Counted from the stretch's first letter, positions 40,256 through 50,819 are shown. The stretch is DNA of 64,000 bases from an uncultured Nitrososphaerota archaeon (GCA_963842885.1 CAWJIE010000005.1:461927-525926), one strand, 5' to 3'. The notes: generated by a model not told the origin, from the letters alone. Program-made: numbers and translations.

Positions 40256-41281
40256 CTAGGGAGAGGAAGTGACCGTAAGATTTAGGACGACCTCTGCTAT
40301 GTCGGCGGCGTATTCTGCCCACCTCCTCAAGTCTTCGGCGACCAGCCTACACGTCGTTTCGTCGCTGCTCTTCTTCTCAGAGATGCGGGCCAGGACCTTG
40401 GCGTCCAGCTTCCTGCACCTGCTGACAACGGCGAAGACCCCCTCGGCCATGGAATAATCGCGCTTGAACAGGGCCGCCAGGCTGTCATCCAACGCCTGGG
40501 CGTCTAACGCCTTGAATTCGGCGAGGTCTGCAAGGGTCAGGCTGTCCAGCTTTCTGTCCATCGAGACAATCGTGCTGGCTATCTTAGTCGCGTGGTCCGC
40601 CATCCTTTCGACGGACTTGACGACGACCCTATAGCCCAGGCAATCTACAGGGCTTGAGAGGCCGATCTCCTTCATCACAAGCTGACTCCTGACGGCGCCT
40701 ACAAGCTGCCGAATCACGTAGAGGCTGAACCTATCCACCTCGTCGTCAGCCCTCAACACGGAATCGGCGAGGCTCTTGTCTAGCGTTTCAACAGCCCTGA
40801 ACGCATCCCTGAGCATGAATCCGGTAATGACGGACATCCTCCTAAGGGCGTCCTCGACTGGAAGCTCGGGCAGGCTCATTAGGACTTGGAGGGTCATGCT
40901 GTCAGAGGATTCGGAGATTATCTCGGTGCCCACGAAACGAGTCCTGATGAGCTCCTTGACGGCTTCCCTCTGAACCATCGTTACGCCGCCGCTGGCCACC
41001 AGCCTGACGGTGTTGTAGCCGCTCAGGTAAAGGGAGACAAGCCTCCTCGTCAGAGCGTCGTTGTCTAGGTCTCCCGGCACTTTCATGACGGCTTCCAAAG
41101 GTTCATCCCCGCGGGCCAAGGACTTCGGGCTGATGCGAAGCGAGCCGTCAACCTGAGGGATGAGGACCAGGGAGTCGCCCTGATGGATGTTTTGTTTGAT
41201 GACCCACTTCTTGGGCAAGTTGACAATATAGGACGCGCGACCTGTAAACTGCACCTTACGTATCTCTTCCTCGGAATCCAC
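40256..41281 (-). CDS. AbrB-PhoU phosphate uptake regulator
   Basis: RKVQFTGRASYIVNLPKKW, DDEVDRF, ERMADHA; divergent from pstS. Confidence 0.9.
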   Translation of the reverse strand: MDSEEEIRKVQFTGRASYIVNLPKKWVIKQNIHQGDSLVLIPQVDGSLRISPKSLARGDEPLEAVMKVPGDLDNDALTRRLVSLYLSGYNTVRLVASGGVTMVQREAVKELIRTRFVGTEIISESSDSMTLQVLMSLPELPVEDALRRMSVITGFMLRDAFRAVETLDKSLADSVLRADDEVDRFSLYVIRQLVGAVRSQLVMKEIGLSSPVDCLGYRVVVKSVERMADHATKIASTIVSMDRKLDSLTLADLAEFKALDAQALDDSLAALFKRDYSMAEGVFAVVSRCRKLDAKVLARISEKKSSDETTCRLVAEDLRRWAEYAADIAEVVLNLTVTSSP

Positions 41282-41409
41282 GGTCGTGCGTACTCGACGC
41301 CCGTATTAAAGGGCCATGGCAAGATATCTATATTCATCACGTTTGCAATATAGTCAATATGCGCCTTGTCTATATATTGCATGAAAGCCTGTAGGCGTCA
41401 GAGAAGGAC

Positions 41410-42555
41410 TTGAATCATATTAGAAAGAGGAGTGCCATCAGCCGAATCGTGGTTGTTGGCATTGTAATATTGCTCGCAGTGGCGGCACTAGGGATCTATG
41501 AAGTATACGACAGCGGGAAGAAGGCCACCACAGTAGTACCAGCGACGCTCAACGGAGCCGGCGGGACCCTCATCAACCCCTTAATGCAGCTCTGGACGTA
41601 CGCCTACGGACAAGCCTATCCCGGCATCAATGTCAACTACGCAAGCGTGGGTAGCGGCGCAGGAGTCAAGGCGATCACGGCCGGAACGGTGGACTTCGGC
41701 GGGTCCGATGCCCCGTTGACGGCGGCCCAGTACGCGGCTCTGCCGGCTGCCTTGGTGACGATTCCGGAGTCGGCCAGCGCGGTGGTGCCCGCATACAACT
41801 TACCTGGAATCGGGAACGGCCTCAACTTCACTGGGCCCATCCTGGCTGAGATATTCCTGGGTAACATTACCATGTGGAACGACCCGGCCCTTCAAGCAAT
41901 CAACTCGAACGTGACGCTCCCCAACCATGCCATCGTGGTCGTGCACAGGTCCGACGGCAGCGGAACGATGTACGCATTCACGGACTACCTCTCTCAAGTG
42001 AGCTCGCAGTGGAAGAGCATTGTGGGGAAGGGTAGCGCTGTGCAATGGCCGGTCGGTTTAGGAGGGAAGGGGAACGAAGGAGTGGCTGGCATCATCGAGA
42101 GCAATCAGTATTCGATCGGCCCCCTGGAGATAGCCTATGAGATCATCAACGCAGGGCTCATCTCCTATGGAGCCGTACAGAACGCAGCCGGCACATATGT
42201 CCTAGCGAACCTGACGAACATCGCCAACGCCTTGACGGCAGGAGGGTCAGCTGCGCTGCCGGCGGGGAACCAACAATGGACTAACGTTTCGATCATCGAT
42301 GCCATCGTCAGCAACTCGACGGCCACCAACGCGTACCCCATAACCACACTCACCTACCTCTTGGCATACCAGAATCAGACGAACCAGGCCCAGGGCACGG
42401 CTCTTGTGAACTTCCTATGGTGGGTGGTTCACACCGGGCAGGGGGCGGGAGCAAAATACGGCTACGCAGCGCTTTCAGCCAACATAGTTGCCCTCGACGA
42501 AGCTACCATAAAGTCGATAACCTACAACGGGCAGGAACTATATCAGGGAGGGTAG
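41410..42555 (+). CDS. pstS: Phosphate ABC transporter substrate-binding protein
   Basis: NYASVGSGAG, DFGGSD, RSDGSGT, AYPI; N-terminal membrane anchor. Confidence 0.95.
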   Translation: MNHIRKRSAISRIVVVGIVILLAVAALGIYEVYDSGKKATTVVPATLNGAGGTLINPLMQLWTYAYGQAYPGINVNYASVGSGAGVKAITAGTVDFGGSDAPLTAAQYAALPAALVTIPESASAVVPAYNLPGIGNGLNFTGPILAEIFLGNITMWNDPALQAINSNVTLPNHAIVVVHRSDGSGTMYAFTDYLSQVSSQWKSIVGKGSAVQWPVGLGGKGNEGVAGIIESNQYSIGPLEIAYEIINAGLISYGAVQNAAGTYVLANLTNIANALTAGGSAALPAGNQQWTNVSIIDAIVSNSTATNAYPITTLTYLLAYQNQTNQAQGTALVNFLWWVVHTGQGAGAKYGYAALSANIVALDEATIKSITYNGQELYQGG

Positions 42556-42589
42556 ATGTCTGCCCTTCATCCGCTGGGTAGTGAAGTAG

Positions 42590-43540
42590 TTGGATGAGCC
42601 GCCAAAGGTACGGCGTGCGTCGCTCACCGGCGACGTCATACTGAAGGGAGTCGTGGCGGCCGCCGCGGCCTTCGTTCTATTTCTTCTCATCCTCATAGCC
42701 TACGAACTAATCTCTGGCTCTCGCCTCTCACTGGAGGCGTTCGGCTTTAGTTTCATACTGACCAAGACCTGGGACCCGGTCCATTCTATCTTTGGTGCGC
42801 TCCCTTTCATCTACGGAACTCTCTTGACTTCGGCCATCGCCCTCCTAATCGGGCTCCCCATCAGCCTCGGCGTCGCCATCTGCCTTGTCGAGAAGCTGAG
42901 GGGCAGAAGAGGGCTTGCATACCTACTCGGGACGATCGTCGAACTGTTGGCGGCCGTTCCTAGTGTGATCTTCGGACTCTGGGGTCTCTTCGTCCTCAGC
43001 CCATTGATCCGCGACTACGTGGAGAAGCCCCTCGGCCATTACTTGGGTTCCGTCCCTCTGTTCACGGGGACTCCCTTCGGTCTCGATTTCCTCACCGCGG
43101 GCGTCATCCTAGCGATCATGATAATCCCTACGGTCTCCGCAATCTCAAGGAATGTTCTGAACGCCGTTCCCAACAGTCAGCGGGAGGCCATGTATTCTCT
43201 CGGGGGCACCGACTGGGAGGTCATCCACAACAGCGTCCTCCCTTACGCGAAATCGGGCCTGTTCGGAGCCACTATCCTGGGCTTGGGGAGGGCCGTGGGC
43301 GAAACGATGGCCGTGACCATGGTGATAGGGAACGCTCCCAGGATCTCCGCCTCCTTGTTCTCCCCGGGCTATACCCTCGCTAGCGTGATAGCCAACGAGT
43401 TCACCGAAGCGGCCTCTCCGCTCTATGCCTCATCCCTCGTCGAGCTGGGCCTGATGCTCTTCGTCCTTGCGCTTACGATAAACGTCTTCGCGAGGCTTCT
43501 CCTCTGGCGTATGACGCGACTCTCGCGCTTCAGGGCATAG
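42590..43540 (+). CDS. pstC: Phosphate ABC transporter permease
   Basis: ELLAAVPSVIFGLWG, LGRAVGETMAV. Confidence 0.95.
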   Translation: MDEPPKVRRASLTGDVILKGVVAAAAAFVLFLLILIAYELISGSRLSLEAFGFSFILTKTWDPVHSIFGALPFIYGTLLTSAIALLIGLPISLGVAICLVEKLRGRRGLAYLLGTIVELLAAVPSVIFGLWGLFVLSPLIRDYVEKPLGHYLGSVPLFTGTPFGLDFLTAGVILAIMIIPTVSAISRNVLNAVPNSQREAMYSLGGTDWEVIHNSVLPYAKSGLFGATILGLGRAVGETMAVTMVIGNAPRISASLFSPGYTLASVIANEFTEAASPLYASSLVELGLMLFVLALTINVFARLLLWRMTRLSRFRA

Positions 43541-43551
43541 GTGGAATTGGA

Positions 43552-44475
43552 TTGGAGAAGCTGAGACTGCCGACGGTCGTGGCGCGCAGGCGCAAGGTTG
43601 TCAACCTAATCTTCTCGGCTCTGGTGATTCTGGCAGTGCTCGTCGCGATGATCCCCCTGATCTTCATATTGGGCGAAGTGGTCGCGAGGGGTGCGCCGGT
43701 CATCTCTTGGAAGTTCCTGACGAGCCTTCCCACGCCCCCGGAAATCCCCGGTGGCGGGATAGCTAATGCCTTGCTGGGGACCTTCACCATGGTGGGGACA
43801 GCGACACTCATCTCTGTCCCTCTAGGCGTCGGCGCGGGCATCTTCTTCTCTGAGTGGCCCGAGTCCAGGCTCTCCTTCCTCTCGAGCTTCCTGAACGATG
43901 TGCTGGCCGAATTCCCCTCCATAGTGATCGGGATATTCGTCTACGTCGTCGTTGTCCTCACGACCAAGACCTTCTCCGCGCTGGCCGGCGCCTTAGCCCT
44001 TGCAATCATCATGACCCCCATAATCGCGCGGACCACGGAGGAATCCTTGAAACTGGTCCCCAGGACCCTCAGGGAGGGCTCCATGGCGTTAGGCGTGTCA
44101 AGGGCCAGGACCATCATCGGCGTGGTCATCAGCACGGGCAGGGCCGGCCTTGCCACGGGCATCCTGCTAGCCATCGCCCGCGCTACGGGAGAGACAGCCC
44201 CACTGATACTCACCACCCTTGGGAGCACTTACTACGCCACCAGCCTCATGCAGCCCACTGCCGCACTCCCCCTCCTGATCTACACGTATGCCATCTCGCC
44301 GTTTCGGGACTGGCAGGCCGACGCTTGGGGGGCTGCCCTGATTCTGGTACTGCTGATGCTCGCCCTCAATCTACTGACCAAGCTCACCATAGGGAGGAAG
44401 TTTGCAGGGGTGAGGGCGGAGATATCAGGTGACGATCATGGAAATGCAGAAAGAGGAGGAGGCTCGACCGGTTGA
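43552..44475 (+). CDS. pstA: Phosphate ABC transporter permease
   Basis: [17 protein letters not shown]. Confidence 0.93.
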   Translation: MEKLRLPTVVARRRKVVNLIFSALVILAVLVAMIPLIFILGEVVARGAPVISWKFLTSLPTPPEIPGGGIANALLGTFTMVGTATLISVPLGVGAGIFFSEWPESRLSFLSSFLNDVLAEFPSIVIGIFVYVVVVLTTKTFSALAGALALAIIMTPIIARTTEESLKLVPRTLREGSMALGVSRARTIIGVVISTGRAGLATGILLAIARATGETAPLILTTLGSTYYATSLMQPTAALPLLIYTYAISPFRDWQADAWGAALILVLLMLALNLLTKLTIGRKFAGVRAEISGDDHGNAERGGGSTG

Positions 44476-45274
44476 AGAGAAGGTCGAAATGGGCATCTCG
44501 CCTGAGCTTGAAGAGGGAGTTGCGAAGCTCGAAACGAGGAACCTGAGGGCCGGATTTGGAAACTCAGAGGTGTTGAAGGGCATCAGCCTGAGGTTCAGGG
44601 AGAAGAGCATAACCGCCATCATGGGCCCATCCGGCTGCGGAAAGACCACGTTCATCAGATGCCTGAACAGGATACATGAACTCACCCCAGGCGCCACTAC
44701 GTCTGGTCAGGTGCTCCTCGACGGGGAGGACATCTACGCGCCGAACGTGGATTCGGTGGCGATCCGGCGTAAGATAGGGATGATCTTCCAGAAGCCCAAC
44801 CCGTTCCCTATGATGTCCATCTACGACAACGCCGCGGCCGGCCTCAAGTTGAACGGCATCAGGGACAGGAAAGTGCTCGACGAGGTGGTCGAGCGCAGCT
44901 TGAAGATGGCCTTCCTTTGGGACGAGGTCAAGGGGGACCTGAAGAAGTCCGGGGCGGCGCTTTCAGGGGGGCAGCAGCAGAGGCTCTGCATCGCCAGGGC
45001 GCTGGCGGTCCAGCCCGAAGTCCTCCTCATGGACGAGCCGGCATCCGCGTTGGATCCCACGGCCACCGCGAAGATCGAGGAGGCGATGGCGGAGCTGAAG
45101 AAGGACTACACCATCGTCATAGTGACCCACAACCTCCAGCAGGCGGCCAGGGTCTCCGACTACACCGCCTTCTTCTACCTCGGCGAGCTCATCGAGTACG
45201 GTGTTACGACTAGGCTCTTTGAGAACCCCGTGGAGCAGCTCACCGAGAGGTACATCACGGGCAAGTTCGGGTAA
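44429..45274 (+). CDS. pstB: Phosphate ABC transporter ATPase
   Basis: [38 protein letters not shown]. Confidence 0.96.
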   Translation: MTIMEMQKEEEARPVEEKVEMGISPELEEGVAKLETRNLRAGFGNSEVLKGISLRFREKSITAIMGPSGCGKTTFIRCLNRIHELTPGATTSGQVLLDGEDIYAPNVDSVAIRRKIGMIFQKPNPFPMMSIYDNAAAGLKLNGIRDRKVLDEVVERSLKMAFLWDEVKGDLKKSGAALSGGQQQRLCIARALAVQPEVLLMDEPASALDPTATAKIEEAMAELKKDYTIVIVTHNLQQAARVSDYTAFFYLGELIEYGVTTRLFENPVEQLTERYITGKFG

Positions 45275-45277
45275 TCA

Positions 45278-45917
45278 ATGTTGACAAGGCTAATAGATCC
45301 AGGACTGGAAAGGCTCAGAAACATGCTGAGGGAGATGGCCTCTCTTTCCGAGCGGTCAGTCGAGACTGCCATCAAGGCCTACACCGAAAGCAAAGCCGTG
45401 ACGGAGGAGATCTTCGGCTGGTCGGAGCAGCTGAACATACTCCACGGTCAGGCCAGCGACCTCGCAGTCGAGCTGATCGCGCGGTACCAGCCGCTCGCGG
45501 GAGATCTCCGTTATGTCGAATCCTGTTTCGAAATCTCCTACGGCTTCTCCAGGCTGGGAAGGTACGCCTACGACGTCGCGCAGATCATCGACGCCTTCGG
45601 AGACCTCTCGGATTGTGATAGCGGCGAAGTGGCTCAGATGGGGGAGAAGGTGAAGAAGATGATCTACACCGGCGTGGAGGCGTTCTTCAGCGGGGACACC
45701 ACAGCCGCCCTTGGATTAAAGCAAATGGATGACGAGGTCGATGAAGCGTACAGGCAACATATCCGCAGGATCGCCGCCAACAAGAAGGGGAACCCCCGAT
45801 GCATCGTCGCTGTAACGCCTAGCCATAAGGTACCTTGAAAGAATGGCCGACCACGCCTGCTACATCGGCGACACTGTCGTCTATGTGGCCAGCGGCACTA
45901 GGACCTCCCTTCGCTAA
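45278..45917 (+). CDS. phoU: Phosphate signalling protein PhoU; frameshifted (~45815)
   Basis: ARYQPLAGDLR, DDEVD; the C-terminal RYLERMADHACYIG is in a shifted frame ending TAA 45917. Confidence 0.88.
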
Positions 45918-45944
45918 GGAGCCCCGGTTACGCAGTGGCGCCAG

Positions 45945-47201
45945 TTAATGGAAGAGCACCGGCACCAAGGTAAGGTAGGCCGCGCTGACTATGGCCGTCG
46001 TGATGACCCCAGCGACGTTGGGGCCCATGGCGAAGAGCACTATGTAGTTCTTCTTGTTGAGCTTACTGGCATTAAGCTGGGCTATCTTTGCGCTCGTGGG
46101 GACGCAGGACACGGCAGCCGAACCCAGGAGAGGGTTGACCTTCCCCTTAGTGTAGTAGTAGGCGATGATCCCGCCGATGTTGCCACCTATGGCCGACAGC
46201 ATGAGGGCGGTGATGCCGAGTATCAGAATTAGGTAGATCCTGGAGTCCAGCACGGTCGTCGGAGTCAGGAGCATCCCTAAGACGAATCCTAGGAAGAGGG
46301 TGGAGACGCTGAGGATGGTCTCGTCGGCGAGCTTCTTGAAACGTTCGACGCCGCTCTCCTTGATCGCGTTGCCCAGGAAGAAGGCAGCGAACAGAGGTGA
46401 CGCGACGGGGAAGAGAAGGCTCAGCACTGTGCCCACTATGACCGCGAACAGGAACTTCTCCTGCTGCGAGATCTTGGGCAGCTGCCTGGAATCCATGAAA
46501 GTGGCCCTCAGCTTCTCCGGTATCGTCAGCTCGTTGAGCTTTCCCTGGAAGAGGTAGAGGATTGAAAGGTAGATGTAGGCCACGACCGTAATCGGGACGA
46601 AGATATCCCTGGCCAGCGAGAGGGAGGTGAAAAGGACCATGGGCCCGTCAGCGCCTCCCACCATTGCTACCGAAGCAGCCTGACCAGGGTTGAGCCCTGC
46701 AGCTATGGCGATGGGGAAGGTCAGGACCGTGCCCAGCTCGGCGAAGGCGGCGAGGATCATCGAAGTGAACGGCCTGGCGATGAGGAAGTCGAGGTCAGTG
46801 ATGGCACCGATGCCGAGGAATACAAGACATGCTATGAGGCCGTTCGTGAACGTCAGAGAGTAGATGGGCTGCAGCCATAACATCGAGTTGGCCTGGCTCG
46901 TCTCAAACGTCGCGTTGACGTAGTCCGTAGCGTTCGCCCCTGCAAGAGGGTTGACATGGGGGTTAGATATGCCAGCGAGGAGCGGCGGAAGAGGGTTGAT
47001 GAAGAAGATGGCCGTGTTAACGAAAAGGAGGCCGATCCCCATGGGTATCATGATGAGGGGCTCGGTTATCCGCTTGTAGCCGGTCCAGACCATGAAGGCC
47101 CCCACGGCGATGAGCACGATCCTCACCAGAGAGAACTCAAGCGTGGTCTGGAAGAAGGATAGAAGGCCCGGGAAGAAATTGGCCGGGTTGATGGCTACCA
47201 A
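45945..47201 (-). CDS. Na+-translocating decarboxylase beta subunit (OadB/MmdB family)
   Basis: EPLIMIPMGIG, FLGIGAITD, GGADGP, NPLLGSAAVSCVP, GPNVAGVI. Confidence 0.92.
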   Translation of the reverse strand: MVAINPANFFPGLLSFFQTTLEFSLVRIVLIAVGAFMVWTGYKRITEPLIMIPMGIGLLFVNTAIFFINPLPPLLAGISNPHVNPLAGANATDYVNATFETSQANSMLWLQPIYSLTFTNGLIACLVFLGIGAITDLDFLIARPFTSMILAAFAELGTVLTFPIAIAAGLNPGQAASVAMVGGADGPMVLFTSLSLARDIFVPITVVAYIYLSILYLFQGKLNELTIPEKLRATFMDSRQLPKISQQEKFLFAVIVGTVLSLLFPVASPLFAAFFLGNAIKESGVERFKKLADETILSVSTLFLGFVLGMLLTPTTVLDSRIYLILILGITALMLSAIGGNIGGIIAYYYTKGKVNPLLGSAAVSCVPTSAKIAQLNASKLNKKNYIVLFAMGPNVAGVITTAIVSAAYLTLVPVLFH

Positions 47202-47207
47202 GGCCTG

Positions 47208-47342
47208 TCACTTCTTCTCCGGCTGCTTTCCGCCCACGACTCTGTGGATGATCCTGATGACCACGGCCACAACGGCAGACATCGCAAAGAGGATGATGAA
47301 GATCAGGCCCGAGGTGTAAAGGGCCATCCCCAGATTGTCCAA
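47208..47342 (-). CDS. Na+-decarboxylase gamma/delta (OadG/MmdD-like) single-TM subunit
   Basis: LDNLGMALYTSGLIFIILFAMSAVVAVVIRII; lies between the carrier and beta genes. Confidence 0.6.
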   Translation of the reverse strand: MDNLGMALYTSGLIFIILFAMSAVVAVVIRIIHRVVGGKQPEKK

Positions 47343-47352
47343 GTCCCATCGC

Positions 47353-47568
47353 CTACTCGATTTTCGCGAGGACCCTGTCCTGCTCCGCGAAGTCGCCGGC
47401 CTTGACAAGGATCTCCTTGACGACGCCTGCGGAGTCGGGGAAGACGTCTATCTCCATCTTCATGGATTCGAGGGTAACGACGGATGTGTCCGCCGTCACC
47501 TGGTCTCCGACTTTGCAGTTTATGCGAATAACCTTGCCAGGAATGGGCGCAACGACATCGACAATCAT
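47353..47568 (-). CDS. Biotin carboxyl carrier protein
   Basis: APIPGKV, LESMKME (biotinylated Lys), GVVKEILV. Confidence 0.92.
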   Translation of the reverse strand: MIVDVVAPIPGKVIRINCKVGDQVTADTSVVTLESMKMEIDVFPDSAGVVKEILVKAGDFAEQDRVLAKIE

Positions 47569-47614
47569 TACGTTCGTGGTTGAAATTGCAGACGTATTTA
47601 AGCATAACTTGGGC

Positions 47615-47914
47615 CTACCTGCGTTTCATCTGCCAGGTCGCGACGAACACTGCGACGACTAACAGGCCGAAGGATGCGAAGAACAGGTAGTCCCTGTCGA
47701 GACCCGTTAAGACCAGCACAAGATAGTATACAACCACGGGTGTAAAGAAGGCCAGCGACCTAGCGGCACCCAGCCTGGCGAGGTAGAAGCCCAGGAGGAC
47801 GCCCGCCACGCCGATAAAAAGCTGCGCTGCCAGCCTGACATTATATTCCATCGGGATGTACTGAATGGCGAAGATGTATAGAAAGAGGAGGGCCGCAAGG
47901 ATGCTGTTGTTCAA
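47615..47914 (-). CDS. Small membrane protein of unknown function
   Basis: 99 aa with about 4 hydrophobic segments. Confidence 0.6.
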   Translation of the reverse strand: MNNSILAALLFLYIFAIQYIPMEYNVRLAAQLFIGVAGVLLGFYLARLGAARSLAFFTPVVVYYLVLVLTGLDRDYLFFASFGLLVVAVFVATWQMKRR

Positions 47915-48040
47915 CGAATCCTGCCATCAATGCGCTCGGCTCATAAGGTTTGCCGGCGGACGCGGAACTCCAGGCCCGACCGTGGCCGGTGAAGGCGGAA
48001 AGAGGACTGAGAGGCGGAAGCCTCCGCCTCTCCGGCAGAC

Positions 48041-48769
48041 CTATATCTCGACCTTTTCAGGGACCTTGAATGTCTCGGCGGACGCGAGCACGTCAGTGGG
48101 CACGGGGCGCAATCCCAGCCTTTCGGAGAAGAGAGGCTTTACGAAACGCTCCCAGTCGTCCTTTGTGTTGAAGTATATCCTAGAGCCTCCCAGCTCGTGC
48201 TGCATCTGGGGGAACGGCTTCTCGTGCTGCGCCAGCTTCAACCCCCAGTAGCGGAAGCCTGTATAGCTTTCGTAGCAGGCGTACCATTCGTTGACCCCCA
48301 TGAAGTCGAACGCGTACTCCATCTTGGCCACGTACATGAGCGCGCCGATGCCAGCCCCCCTCTTGAATGCCAGGGTGTGGAGGCTGATCGCGGTCTTGTC
48401 GTCCCAAAGCCTGAAGTTGGCTATCGCCGCCAGCTGGCCGTTCAGGATGCCGAGGAGGGCGACATGGTCTTTCACGCGGCTCCTGTACCACCCCACGAAT
48501 TCTGCGTAGACCCTCGGCGCAACGACGTCATAGAAATCGATGGACTTGTCGAAGAGCTTGAGGCAGGTTTGCATGACGAGTGGTGCCTCCTCCTTCTTTG
48601 CCCTTCTGACGACCAGCTTGTCGCCCGTCGGAAGCGTCAGATACCTGGCGGGGTACTCCTTCTGCAGGAGCGGCGATTCGAGGCCGCGCAGGATGGGCTC
48701 TAGGTCCTCGACGTTGATCTCTACCTTGTTTAGCGTGACGTTCTCCGGAGGTGTCCATTTTGAAGACAT
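48041..48769 (-). CDS. Uncharacterised GNAT-like protein, paralog B
   Basis: Colinear with 21594-22331; contains KRGAGIGA, resembling the GNAT acyl-CoA-binding motif A. Confidence 0.65.
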   Translation of the reverse strand: MSSKWTPPENVTLNKVEINVEDLEPILRGLESPLLQKEYPARYLTLPTGDKLVVRRAKKEEAPLVMQTCLKLFDKSIDFYDVVAPRVYAEFVGWYRSRVKDHVALLGILNGQLAAIANFRLWDDKTAISLHTLAFKRGAGIGALMYVAKMEYAFDFMGVNEWYACYESYTGFRYWGLKLAQHEKPFPQMQHELGGSRIYFNTKDDWERFVKPLFSERLGLRPVPTDVLASAETFKVPEKVEI

Positions 48770-48871
48770 AACGCTACATTAGCCGCGAGTTGGCTATAAA
48801 ACCTTCTCGTCCAAGCTGACCAGGAAGGAATCATCGTCAGACGGACAGGCATCGGGTCACGTCGAGGCCCT

Positions 48872-49171
48872 TCAGCCGCCGCCCTCGGTCTGCAAGATGT
48901 CAATGTTGTCTATCACTATGTCGTTATTACCGTAGAGCATGGTCTTGAGGCCATGGAGGAGGCGTATGCTGTGGCCATTGACCAGCATGACGAAGGAGGG
49001 TCGGATCTCCCTTGTGCCGGGGTCGAAGAAAAACTCGGAGAGCTTGTTGCCGCTCTTCGCGTTCAAGATGTCCACCAACTCCTCCACCGTCCCGACGTCT
49101 TCCTCAACGGTTATCTCGGGAGTGTCGAGGTAGTCCCTGATGCGGCCGTAAAGCTTGACCGTGATGCCCAA
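48872..49171 (-). CDS. MoaD/ThiS/SAMP ubiquitin-like protein
   Basis: ITVKLYG, TVEELV, LVNG, C-terminal GG. Confidence 0.8.
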   Translation of the reverse strand: MGITVKLYGRIRDYLDTPEITVEEDVGTVEELVDILNAKSGNKLSEFFFDPGTREIRPSFVMLVNGHSIRLLHGLKTMLYGNNDIVIDNIDILQTEGGG

Positions 49172-49229
49172 CGCGATTCCTGCTCTCGCGCCATGACAAG
49201 AGACACTAATAAACGCAGCATGAAACCCC

Positions 49230-50234
49230 TCACCAGCCCAGGCCGACCGGGGTCCGAAGATGGATCACGTCCCCACTGTGCACCTTCACCGTCCTTCCCT
49301 CAGACTCGACTTCGAGTGCACCTCTATCATCAATGCCCGTCGCCCTCCCTTCCAGCACTTTGTCGGAATACAAAACGCGGACTCTCTCTCCGATTGTCGC
49401 GCAGCCTGCGCGATACTCTTCGATGATGCCGCTGTATCCATCCCTCTTCGACTTCGCGTATCTCGAGTCGATCCCTCTCAGTATGGTGACAAGAAGGTCG
49501 CTCCTGTTCACCATCGCCCCCGAGGCCTCCTTCAACGAAGCGGCCCCATAGCCCCGTCCGTCGACGGAACTCACGTCGTTATTCACGTTGACACCTATCC
49601 CAAGCAAAACATAGCGGATTTCGTCGACGGTGGCGGCTATCTCGGCAAGCACCCCGCACACCTTCTTCGCTTGCACGAACACGTCGTTGGGCCATTTGAG
49701 CCATGCGTTCGCACCTACCAGAGGCCCGATGGATTCCCTCACGCTCAACGAAGCCATGTAGCTGAAGACCTGGATGAAGTCGGGCGACGCCGTCGGCTTC
49801 AGCGCTACGGTGAACCATAGGCCTCCCCTGTCCGACACCCACGGTCGCCCCAGCCTTCCCCTTCCCGCCGACTGGCTCTCCGCTACGACGACAAGACCGT
49901 CTTGGAGACCGTCGTCGGCGAAAGTGCGAGCAAGCGCCTGCGTGGATCCTATGCTATCCCTGTAGACTATGGCATGCCCGACGACACACCCTTCGAGCGA
50001 AGGAATCAGTTCCCCGGGGTTGAGGAGATCGGCCGGCTCCACGAGGAAGTATCCCTTCCTCGTGGCGGTGATGCTCACCCCCCTACCCTTGAGCTCCTGC
50101 ACAGCCTTCCACACGGCGACTCGTGACACGCCGAGTGTCCGCGCCATATCTGCGCCCGAGACGACCTCCCCCGCACGAAGCAGGGAGAGAAGCCTGGCGG
50201 ACACCCTCAGAGAAGACATGTTAACCAACGCCAT
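49230..50234 (-). CDS. birA: Biotin-protein ligase with N-terminal HTH
   Basis: SGADMARTLGVSRVAVWK, QSAGRGRLGRPW, KWPND, KVCGVL. Confidence 0.95.
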   Translation of the reverse strand: MALVNMSSLRVSARLLSLLRAGEVVSGADMARTLGVSRVAVWKAVQELKGRGVSITATRKGYFLVEPADLLNPGELIPSLEGCVVGHAIVYRDSIGSTQALARTFADDGLQDGLVVVAESQSAGRGRLGRPWVSDRGGLWFTVALKPTASPDFIQVFSYMASLSVRESIGPLVGANAWLKWPNDVFVQAKKVCGVLAEIAATVDEIRYVLLGIGVNVNNDVSSVDGRGYGAASLKEASGAMVNRSDLLVTILRGIDSRYAKSKRDGYSGIIEEYRAGCATIGERVRVLYSDKVLEGRATGIDDRGALEVESEGRTVKVHSGDVIHLRTPVGLGW

Positions 50235-50279
50235 GGCGCAGGTTAACTATATTAAAGAAACCCCCATGCCGGTTCAGCG

Positions 50280-50819
50280 ATGGCCTCCAGGGCCCAGAGG
50301 GTCACCTACTCAGCGCTCTTCGCTGTGCTCATGGTCCTGGGCGCCTATGTTCGCTTACCCTTCGCTCAGGTGCCAGCTACCCTGCAGACGTTCTTCGTTT
50401 ATCTCGCAGGGCTGATCTTCGACCCGTGGACAGCGGCTGGAAGTCAGGCCCTCTATATCCTCCTGGGGGTCGTGGGGCTTCCTGTCTTCGCCAGCGGTGA
50501 AGCCGGGCCGCAGGCGCTCCTAGGTCCCACCGCAGGCTTCCTGTTGGCCTTCCCCCTTGCCGCCCTAGTGGAGTCATTCATCGCAGGAGACGGGAGTAGG
50601 TTCAGGGATGCCGTAGCCTTGGCTGCGGGCTTCTTCGTCGTGTTCGGACTGGGAATAACCTACTTCTCCTTGTATTTCGATACGAAAGGCCCAGCTTACG
50701 CCTTCGTCCTCTTCCCTCCATTGATGGCGTGGGATGCTGTGAAGGCCGGCTTGGCCTACGTGGTGGGGCGCCGGCTAAGGGTCGCGGTTCGAGGGCGGCC
50801 TACTTCTGTGAGACGGTGA
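50280..50819 (+). CDS. bioY: Biotin transporter BioY
   Basis: VPATLQT, GLPVFA, GPTAGFL. Confidence 0.92.
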   Translation: MASRAQRVTYSALFAVLMVLGAYVRLPFAQVPATLQTFFVYLAGLIFDPWTAAGSQALYILLGVVGLPVFASGEAGPQALLGPTAGFLLAFPLAALVESFIAGDGSRFRDAVALAAGFFVVFGLGITYFSLYFDTKGPAYAFVLFPPLMAWDAVKAGLAYVVGRRLRVAVRGRPTSVRR

